A DNA stretch of 32,000 bases from Haloquadratum walsbyi C23 (GTDB lineage: Archaea; Halobacteriota; Halobacteria; Halobacteriales; Haloferacaceae), in contig NC_017459.1 in NCBI RefSeq assembly GCF_000237865.1, positions 1,950,001-1,982,000 on the forward strand. Direction: 5' to 3'. The notes under the pieces are model-generated. The model was not told where the DNA came from. It ran no database searches and worked only from the letters and a program-made list of their open reading frames with translations. A program made the position numbers and the translations under genes. Within the stretch, counting starts at the first letter, position 1; each line of letters opens with the position of its first letter. Shown in pieces: positions 8,549 to 16,148 of the stretch.

Positions 8549-9994
8549 TTAGACCGCAACCGGTAGGGAGACGATCCATAAAGAGAGGAGAGTGTACCCA
8601 ATCATCAAGATGAGAAGCGGCATATGAGCGACTATTGCCCACTGATCTGTCGGAGTGAGTTCCCGGATAATCGCGTCAGCTGTGACGACGGCGATGATGT
8701 GACCGGCAACGATAAGAAGCACTTGTGCCCCCCAGAGCAGTGGCAAAGAGAGCCACCATAGTGGGTTAATTGACGGAGCACCGACGATGGTCGGTAGTCG
8801 ACCAGTGTACGTCAATACGTAACTAACGTTATGTGCGAACTCATACGCCGCTGCAATGGGGAGTACCGTCGGTCCAAGGGCAAGTACCGTCGTGACGGTT
8901 CCCTCTCCATCAGAGTCGATATGATGTTGATTCGTCAGTCCTGCCCGTGTTTGTCCTTCAGTGATAACTCGACCGACGACAATCGCGATTGTCATGAATC
9001 CGCCGACGAACCCAATAAGTCCAAGACAGTACAGGAGAACACTGACAATTCCGCCAACCCCGAACGTTTCCTGTACCCAAAAGTAGATTTCGCGGTATAT
9101 GGGCGATTCTGCGAATCCATCAAAGGTGACTGTATACACCATCGTAACGACGAACGCGACCATCGTCTGGGATTCGACTGGAGTAGTGCAGTCCTGCCAG
9201 GGGTACCGGAAGACGATTGCAGGCTGGCTTTTATCCATCGCATGGAGTCTAATTGGTGCGACCGTCCCCAAAAGCTCATAAAATACCTCCATTGCGTCCG
9301 CACGCTCGAACCACTCCCGACCGAACACAAAAGCACCGAGAAGCATCACGAGTCCGTACGCAGCGACGACAACAGCCGTCACCTCAGGGAGTCGAGGGAC
9401 GCGCGTGAGGTTCTCGATGATGCCGATGAGTATGACGAATCCGAGAAACGCGGGCCAGTGACCAAGCCATTCGGGATATCGACGCCACCGTATTTCGCCG
9501 CCCTCAATCCAACAAAGAGAATTATATACCGTCCGCCATGGCGAGAGTACCCGCCATGGACTCCCAACGATCACGGCGACAAGAGCGACACCTTTGAGCC
9601 ACACGGACCATGTTAACAGTGTTGCGACGTTTTCCCCTGGAGCACGCGGACCGGCAATGCCGTGGAACAACACAGCGAGGAACGCTATAAGAAACCCGAC
9701 GCGGCTGATGACACGGAGTGCATTGATAAGACGGCGTGACACAGCGCCAATAATATGATCTCGGCTTGGTGTTGTGTCGAATCTCGCGAGGAGGACCGCG
9801 CTTAAAAACACCGTAGCTCCCGCTCCAATGTAAACGAATCCCAGTGGGATCGGCGCATCAAAGCGAGTAGCGAACTGGTGTGCCGAGACGGGTGTCACGA
9901 ACAGTCCAAGTCCGAGGAAGATAATCAGTGCGTGTGCCGCAGTTAGTGCACTGTTCCGATCTCCCATTACTCTTGTTTTGCAGCACGAATACAA
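8549..9994 (-). CDS. Polytopic integral membrane protein (about 12 TM), function unknown
   Basis: 481-aa ORF. A more likely start is ATG 9967 (MGDRNSALTAAHALIIFLGLGLFVTPVSA, signal-like). Hydrophobic helices occur throughout. The stop codon overlaps the IS target duplication. Confidence 0.8.
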   Translation of the reverse strand: MYSCCKTRVMGDRNSALTAAHALIIFLGLGLFVTPVSAHQFATRFDAPIPLGFVYIGAGATVFLSAVLLARFDTTPSRDHIIGAVSRRLINALRVISRVGFLIAFLAVLFHGIAGPRAPGENVATLLTWSVWLKGVALVAVIVGSPWRVLSPWRTVYNSLCWIEGGEIRWRRYPEWLGHWPAFLGFVILIGIIENLTRVPRLPEVTAVVVAAYGLVMLLGAFVFGREWFERADAMEVFYELLGTVAPIRLHAMDKSQPAIVFRYPWQDCTTPVESQTMVAFVVTMVYTVTFDGFAESPIYREIYFWVQETFGVGGIVSVLLYCLGLIGFVGGFMTIAIVVGRVITEGQTRAGLTNQHHIDSDGEGTVTTVLALGPTVLPIAAAYEFAHNVSYVLTYTGRLPTIVGAPSINPLWWLSLPLLWGAQVLLIVAGHIIAVVTADAIIRELTPTDQWAIVAHMPLLILMIGYTLLSLWIVSLPVAV

Positions 9995-10475
9995 AACGGA
10001 CGCGAAAGTTCGTCCCTACAATGAGGGCTCAGAGGTCCCAAATATTTAGCATATATTACTACGGCACTGGTGGAGCGTGGTTCACTGCTAACAATTGTTG
10101 GTAATTTGATTTTTTGTCCAAAACGGAACGTCTAAGTCGGCGTTCCAGTTGAATTGACTGTGATTCCGGATATAAACATCGGTTATATTGCCAACGACTG
10201 CTAAGGGCAGATATCATCATAACTGTCGAATCGCCACCACAAGTCGCCCGTCATGGTGGGGACGAAACAGCATTCATTCAGATGACACGGTTTCTATTAA
10301 AGACTGTGCGGCTATTTGAGCAACGTTTATCTTCGAATCGACACTCATTTGATTTGAAACGTCTGTGTGCATGTTCCGATTCATATTCGAATGACGACAC
10401 TCACAGCCCCAGCAGTTGTTTCGAGAGTCAAACCACAATCCTGCTTGGTATCGACTCATAACATTCAATACAGCA

Positions 10476-11774
10476 ATGGATCTCTCTGATACCGACCTCC
10501 CACGGCGACAGATTCTCAAGACAGCGGTGGCACTTGGGGGTTCGAGTGCTTTAAGCGCCTGTTTAGACCTCGGTGGCTCCGAACCGGTTCCAACCGGCAA
10601 TCTGAACGCGAAACCCTCACGCCAACACGCTTGGCGTGAGTACGTCCGCCAAGACGAGCACGGGAACTCACAGCTCCCGAAACATCAGATACTCCTCTAT
10701 ATTAATTTTGACGCGGATGCTCAACCGTCAAGTGATACTCGGTTGACGCTTGAACGAGCATTGACGACTCTGGATCGGGCGTATGAATGGAGTCATAAGG
10801 GATTGCTTCACTCGATTGCGTACTCGCCATCGTACTTCGAGCGGTTTGATCAGCCTCTTCCTGAGAATATAGATCTTCCTCAGCCACGGGCGCTCTCACC
10901 GTTTGAATCACCGACGTTCGATACACAGGACGCGGTTATCCACCTCGCAAGCGATCGCGCCAACGTAGTGCTTGAAGCCGAACAAACCCTTCAAGGCAAA
11001 CAAGATCAAGCGAATGGCGTGTCCGTTGACGGTCAACTCACTGACGTCGCAACGGTCGATTCACGACGGACCGGATTCATCGGCGCTGGACTCCCAGCGC
11101 AACACCAAGATGCGGCTGGCATTCCTGACTCAAATCCTGTTCCGGAGGCATCGCCGCTGTTTATGGGCTTCGAGGTGGGATTCCGCGGAAACCAGGCTAC
11201 CGAGGACTACGTCACTATCCAGGATGGACCGTTTGCGGGTGCAACAACGAAGGTAATCGCCAATATTCGTCAGCGTCTCGAGGACTGGTACGATGAGCAA
11301 TCATCCAAGGACCGCATAATGGAAATGTTTAGTCCTAGTCACGCCGAGAACGAACTCGTTGAGGGGACCGGTTCGAATCTGGGCTCTGATAGTGGTATTG
11401 ATCAGTTCGTTGATGACATCGAAGCGGATGCAAGAGAGTATAGTCGCGTTGGTCACGCACAAAAGGCTGCTCGTGCGAATCGAGACGAAGCTGGAAACGT
11501 GAAACTCCTTCGTCGCCATTTTGAATCAACGGATGATATTGAGTCGGACCAGAAGGTAGCAAGCCTTCACTTTCCATCCCTGCAGCATCAAATTACGGAT
11601 TTCGAGGATGTACGCCAGGCGATGAACGGGACTGATTTGACTGAAGCTACACCAGCAATCCGTCAACGTGTTAACAACGGTATTCTTGAGTATATTTTCG
11701 TCCGCCGTCGCGGGAACTTCCTTGTCCCCCCTCGTCGACACCGGGCAGCTCCGACGCCGAAACCCGAGTCATAA
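10476..11774 (+). CDS. Tat-exported lipoprotein, DyP-type peroxidase/EfeB-like
   Basis: The ORF is 10416-11774, with a probable start at ATG 10476 (MDLSDTDLPRRQILKTAVALGGSSALSAC, a twin-arginine motif plus a lipobox Cys). The C-terminal VGHAQKAARANRDEAGNVKLLRRHFES resembles the DyP proximal-His block (H..RANPR......LRRG). Size is about 430 aa. Confidence 0.75.
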   Translation: MDLSDTDLPRRQILKTAVALGGSSALSACLDLGGSEPVPTGNLNAKPSRQHAWREYVRQDEHGNSQLPKHQILLYINFDADAQPSSDTRLTLERALTTLDRAYEWSHKGLLHSIAYSPSYFERFDQPLPENIDLPQPRALSPFESPTFDTQDAVIHLASDRANVVLEAEQTLQGKQDQANGVSVDGQLTDVATVDSRRTGFIGAGLPAQHQDAAGIPDSNPVPEASPLFMGFEVGFRGNQATEDYVTIQDGPFAGATTKVIANIRQRLEDWYDEQSSKDRIMEMFSPSHAENELVEGTGSNLGSDSGIDQFVDDIEADAREYSRVGHAQKAARANRDEAGNVKLLRRHFESTDDIESDQKVASLHFPSLQHQITDFEDVRQAMNGTDLTEATPAIRQRVNNGILEYIFVRRRGNFLVPPRRHRAAPTPKPES

Positions 11775-11991
11775 TTATAACTACTGTGTGTCCCATAGCA
11801 ACGATTCAACCATAGAAACAGAATCAAGTTTTTGAATTGTAAAGATTACCAGGACGCGAATTGTGGGAGATCGTCGATATCTGATTTCGACTTAAATTAC
11901 AATCAGATTATGTATCAAGTCTTCAGTTATACGATTATCTCCAAAGATATGATACTCAACTTCTTTGTGAGCACCACTCAGAATAGCCGAT

Positions 11992-12468
11992 ATGGAAGCA
12001 AACAAAATCGATGACACCGACCGCGCGATTTTGCATGCCCTTCAGATGGACGCGAGAAACATGTCTTCAAGTGATATCGCAGAGCGAACTGGGACCGCAG
12101 ATAGCACGGTTCGAAAACGGATTCAACGACTTGAGTCTGCAGGAATCATCAAAGGGTATAGTGCAGAGGTTAATTATCAGCAATCTGGATATCCACTTCG
12201 GATGCTCTTATTCTGCACCGCAGCAATTCCTGAGCGTGGCGAGCTCGTTTCTGATGTCTTAGCAATTGATGGTGTTGTATCGGTCCAAGAGTTGGTCACC
12301 GGTGAGCAAAATCTACTTGTGACAGCCGTTGGTGAAACTGATGATGACATCACGCCTGTTGCACAGGATCTGCTTGATTGTGGATTAACAGTCGCTGACG
12401 AGGTTCTCGTCCGAAGTCATGAAACGACACCATTCGGTGGATTTGATAAGAATGTCAATGAATCATAA
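11992..12468 (+). CDS. Lrp/AsnC-family transcription regulator
   Basis: 158 aa with an N-terminal HTH (DDTDRAILHALQMDARNMSSSDIAERTGTADSTVRKRIQRLESAGIIKGY) and a C-terminal RAM-like domain. Confidence 0.9.
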   Translation: MEANKIDDTDRAILHALQMDARNMSSSDIAERTGTADSTVRKRIQRLESAGIIKGYSAEVNYQQSGYPLRMLLFCTAAIPERGELVSDVLAIDGVVSVQELVTGEQNLLVTAVGETDDDITPVAQDLLDCGLTVADEVLVRSHETTPFGGFDKNVNES

Positions 12469-12567
12469 TTCGATTTGCTGGTAGATTAATCAAAAAGTTG
12501 AAAAAGCGCTCATATAGAGCGATTATATATGTGATGACATAGAGCTTGCTAGCTGCTGAGGGTCGAA

Positions 12568-13584
12568 TCACAAAACAACACGCGTAACATCAAGTGGTCC
12601 CGCCCGTCGGACAACGGCACGGATTGGATCAACGGCACGTGAAAGATTATTCGAATCACCATCAATAATGAGTAATGCAGCCCGACGACCGACATCAATT
12701 ACCCCGCAATTCAGTCCAACAGCCTCGGCACCGGCGATTGTAGCCATCTGAAGCACTTCGCGTGCTGTCACATCAAAGTGTTTCGCAGTGTATGCCATTT
12801 CTCGGAACATCGATGGGGAATTGAGCATAACATTATCGGTTCCCAAAGCGACGGTCGTGTGATCAAGAAGTTCACGAATTGGCGGTCGACCAACATCAAG
12901 TACATGATTTGCCCGTGGACAGACAACTACTGGAATCGAGTTGTCTGCTACTTCGGTAAGATGCTCAGCTTCAGCATGAACCATATGTATCAAGAGGTCT
13001 GGATCCAGCGCAAGGGCGGCATGAATGTCGCTTGCATCCGGTTCACCTGCATGGATTCCAAAGGGCATATCAGCCATTTGAGCAGCAGTCCGTTGAGCAC
13101 TGAAATCATCGTCCGTCGCACCGCTTGCACCATATCCATCGGCAACATCCAGCACATCGTCCTCACCACTACCAAAAATAAACGCTGTTAGGTCCCGTTT
13201 TGATGCAGCCGAACGGAGTGCAGTTGCCCCAGAAAGACCTGATTCTCGAAAATCAAGACAGGTACCTGTCCCTGTCGATTGCATAAATCCTAGCGTGCGA
13301 TATATACTTTCAATAAGCGTCTCTCGATCAACGGCTGAAAGTCGACGGTGTTTGAGACTATCTGGTGGTGCGACGGCATCTGTCAATGAGAGTCCAACAG
13401 CAGCCTCAGTCGCTACTGAGTCACCAAGGTGGGTGTGTGCGTTGACAAATGCAGGAAGAATGATATCCGTTGATGAGTTTGGCTCCTCCTCAACCGCCAT
13501 AATCTCTCCATTATCAATTAAAACCCGCCCACGTACTGGTTCAAGTGTTTCACCTCTGAGAATTGTTCCTTCGAACCGCTCCAT
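12568..13584 (-). CDS. Amidohydrolase-superfamily metal-dependent hydrolase (chlorohydrolase/deaminase-like)
   Basis: 338 aa. It has the HxH motif PAFVNAHTHLGDS, then GIHAGE, HMVH and LGTDN (metal ligands in the canonical order). Confidence 0.85.
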   Translation of the reverse strand: MERFEGTILRGETLEPVRGRVLIDNGEIMAVEEEPNSSTDIILPAFVNAHTHLGDSVATEAAVGLSLTDAVAPPDSLKHRRLSAVDRETLIESIYRTLGFMQSTGTGTCLDFRESGLSGATALRSAASKRDLTAFIFGSGEDDVLDVADGYGASGATDDDFSAQRTAAQMADMPFGIHAGEPDASDIHAALALDPDLLIHMVHAEAEHLTEVADNSIPVVVCPRANHVLDVGRPPIRELLDHTTVALGTDNVMLNSPSMFREMAYTAKHFDVTAREVLQMATIAGAEAVGLNCGVIDVGRRAALLIIDGDSNNLSRAVDPIRAVVRRAGPLDVTRVVL

Positions 13585-13781
13585 ACGATATAAGCCAGAT
13601 AAATCACAATATGACTTTCCATTTCGGTAATGACGAACAATTCAATAGTATCATTTGCCCGGTATGGTCATATCTGTGAGCATTATTTCCTGCAGCTATG
13701 CGTATGAGTGAACAGATGCGGTTAAGATACTAATATGTCTCCGTGATGTATACTGGTTGGATATTCCAGAATTGACATCCT

Positions 13782-14202
13782 CCTCCGGGTTCACGCGGAG
13801 GAATCCCGAGCGGTGGGAGTTTCAGGTTTCACACTCCCACCGAACAACCAGCCAGTGCGAATCTGAAGGGTTGTTCGCGGTCTGAGACGGGTGCGGGGGC
13901 GGGGGCGGGTGGGACTGCTGGCGGTGCCAAGCCGCCGGTACTCCTACTCCTATTCTCGACCATGTACAGCGTCCAAGCGTTGTTTTTGCCGCAGGGACGC
14001 CGGCAGGCGTTAGCAAACTCGGAGTTACTTTCAATGTTGCTTCCAAGCAGTCGGGCACAGCATCTGCATCTGCATCGGTTCAGTATAGGAACCGACCGTT
14101 CACCAGACTGGTTCCGATGATTGTCTTATTGCTTGGGGCGGACAGGCCGCCATCGTAGGACTGGCGGGAATCGCTCTGTTTCCAACCGATTCCTATTTTA
14201 TT
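13782..14202 (+). ncRNA. Candidate structured non-coding RNA (GC-rich, hairpin-dense island ending in a hairpin plus oligo-T)
   Basis: Hairpin stem arms are 13782-13787/13796-13801, 13812-13820/13833-13841 (9 bp), 13842-13849/13869-13876 (8 bp), 13918-13924/13932-13938, 13997-14001/14006-14010, 14075-14081/14089-14095, 14137-14141/14147-14151 and 14167-14173/14187-14193. The last is followed by TATTTTATT (14194-14202). There is no credible CDS, and several frames are open on both strands, as expected for GC-rich non-coding DNA. Confidence 0.35.
14167..14202 (+). terminator. 7-bp hairpin followed by a T-rich tract
   Basis: GGAATCG(N13)CGATTCC, then TATTTTATT. Confidence 0.4.
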
Positions 14203-14561
14203 GCGTGATTGCCTATTTAAATATGTGTATTTTGAAATTTAAATCGAGCGACGACAGTAGGATTTTGGAGGGCGTGACGGCGCGTATCCACGGCCTGAAG
14301 ACCGTGGTATTGCGCCTGCTCAGCATATAATAGTCATTATCTATATCGAATATAATGTTCTTTTATTGATTATTTGAGAACGATATGGTATAATAAAAGA
14401 ATTAAAGTAACAGTCTGTTCGTAATTATATTCAATACGGCCGATTACGCTAATATCGCCCACTGCTATAGCGACACTCGAAACCACTTGTGGTGATGCAG
14501 TGATAGTAGTGGAAACGATTATATCAGCCATCGGTGGTGTCGGTCGACGGTAAATCGAATA

Positions 14562-16148
14562 ATGACGGTTGATAATCAGTCGCAGACGGTTGAATCAAAT
14601 TCAGAATCAAAACTATCGCTAAGCGGTGACGCCAACACAACTGATCAGGACACATTCATACGTTCGCGTACATGGATTCCAGTTCGTTTCACGCAGACAA
14701 TGTGGACATTATGGATTCTAAGTGTTTGTGCCCTCATTGTTTGGACGTGGCGCGGGGGCACATTTGGTGTGTCTTCAGATATCGATATCGCATGGATACC
14801 GACACAACTATTCAGTATTGATGGTCTCACGCTCACAATTTGGGTTGCAGCGACATTTTTCAGCGGTATCATTCATAGTTATGCCCGACGCTATCTCGCA
14901 GGTGAACAACATCAAAATCGCTTTTTTTTATCCGCATTCGGGTTCACGGTGGCAGTGATTATTCTCATCGTTGCTAATCATATTGTGATATTTACACTCT
15001 CATGGATGATAATGGGACTATTGATGACAGCGCTGATCGGTCATAATCGTGGATGGTCACAAGCACAAATGGCTGCATCATTTGCACGACGGTATTTTCT
15101 CATCAGCGGCACGCTCATTGCTGTTGCTGGCGGTGTCCTTTGGTGGACGGCTGACGTCGTCACAATCGATGCTGCGGTTGGCGCAGATGTTATATCCGGG
15201 CTCAGCTCACTCACAATCGCTAGTGTCACGATTATATTAGTTCTCGCAGCGATGATTCAGTCAGCATTGATTCCATTTCATACATGGATGCTATCATCAA
15301 TGACTGCACCGACACCAGCCTCTGCACTCATGCATGCTGGATTTGTGAATGCAGGTGGGATTCTTCTTGTTCGATTCGGACCGATTATCGAAGCAGACAC
15401 TCGCCTACTGATTTTTATTATGCTCATTGGAGCACTGAGTGCACTTGGAGGAAAATTCCTCAAGACGGTGCAGTCGGATGTCAAACGGAAACTTGGATGT
15501 TCGACCATCGGGCAGATGGGATTTATGATCATGCAAGTCGGACTTGGATTCTTCGCTGCAGCAATTGCACATCTAATCCTGCATGGCTGTTATAAGGCAT
15601 ATCAGTTCCTCTCAGTCGGCGACACGGTCAAACACGTAACTCCAGAGACAGTACATGAAAAAACCGAAAACGAGAGTGAACTCACAATTTCGAGGATTAT
15701 CATAACAGCGATCATAGCAATCATTGGGGGCGGTGTATTCACGTTCATTACTGGTAAAGGAGCAACGCTGGACAGTGGTCTGCTTCTGAGTGGACTTATC
15801 GTAATTACGACATTGCACGCCACACAGCGTATATTGCAGCATACTACAATCGCCAAACACCTCCGATATGGTGCGATCATGATTGTTTTTATTCCTGCAA
15901 TCGGTGTGTATGGGCTCTTGTATGCCGGTATTGCATCAATAATGGAAATAGGAGGTGTTACTCCAGCAGTCCCAACAGAATTGACGATTGCACATGGTAT
16001 TGTCGCAGGAGGATTTCTTATATCATATGTAGTGATTGAGACAGAAATATATCGGCGTAGTCATCGACTGTATGTGCTGTTGATGAACATCTCACAACCG
16101 CCAGGAGAGACATTACTCACTACAACGGAGGAGTATGATGACCACTGA
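14562..16148 (+). CDS. dabB: DabB: NuoL/MnhA-type proton-conducting membrane subunit of a DAB inorganic-carbon pump
   Basis: 528 aa and polytopic, with NuoL/Mrp-antiporter-like sequence (..[45 protein letters not shown]..). It overlaps the downstream DUF2309 gene by 14 nt. Confidence 0.85.
   Translation: MTVDNQSQTVESNSESKLSLSGDANTTDQDTFIRSRTWIPVRFTQTMWTLWILSVCALIVWTWRGGTFGVSSDIDIAWIPTQLFSIDGLTLTIWVAATFFSGIIHSYARRYLAGEQHQNRFFLSAFGFTVAVIILIVANHIVIFTLSWMIMGLLMTALIGHNRGWSQAQMAASFARRYFLISGTLIAVAGGVLWWTADVVTIDAAVGADVISGLSSLTIASVTIILVLAAMIQSALIPFHTWMLSSMTAPTPASALMHAGFVNAGGILLVRFGPIIEADTRLLIFIMLIGALSALGGKFLKTVQSDVKRKLGCSTIGQMGFMIMQVGLGFFAAAIAHLILHGCYKAYQFLSVGDTVKHVTPETVHEKTENESELTISRIIITAIIAIIGGGVFTFITGKGATLDSGLLLSGLIVITTLHATQRILQHTTIAKHLRYGAIMIVFIPAIGVYGLLYAGIASIMEIGGVTPAVPTELTIAHGIVAGGFLISYVVIETEIYRRSHRLYVLLMNISQPPGETLLTTTEEYDDH

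Noticed and set aside
8549-9994. FTR1/EfeU-type iron permease as the partner of the EfeB-like protein.
   Set aside because: Only one RExxE-like string (REWFE) is present rather than the two motifs in TM1/TM4. The size and topology (about 12 TM, 481 aa) do not fit FTR1, so I left it as an unknown membrane protein.
13991-14020. SRP helix-8-like hairpin CAGG-GACGCC-GGCA-GGCGUU-AGCA-AAC.
   Set aside because: It is an isolated resemblance only. The flanks do not form the adjacent stem and asymmetric loop, and the rest of the island folds into local hairpins rather than a long helix 5.
13776-14190. A long stop-free + strand frame (about 135 codons) across the GC-rich island, and the 78-aa minus ORF 13822-14058.
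   Set aside because: There is no suitably placed start codon. The products are basic and low-complexity (GAGAGAGG, HPPPPPHP) and unlike the acidic proteome. Open frames on both strands are expected by chance in GC-rich DNA.
13782-14202. RNase P RNA. The size (about 420 nt) and a GCGGAGGAAUCCCGAGC segment after a hairpin recall the P3/CR-I region, and GGCGGGAAU near the 3' end could pair with it like P4.
   Set aside because: The universally conserved GAGGAAAGUCC is not present (AG is missing). There is no ACAGAAcCCGGCUUA-type CR-V, no GUAAACCCC-like CR-III, and no 5'/3' P1-P2 pairing that I could draw.
14280-14312. tRNA-like anticodon arm: a CCACGG/CCGTGG stem with a loop containing CUGAAGA (a Phe GAA anticodon loop look-alike).
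   Set aside because: The loop is 8 nt with a 6-bp stem, and the surrounding sequence has no acceptor stem, D arm or GTTCRAATC T arm.
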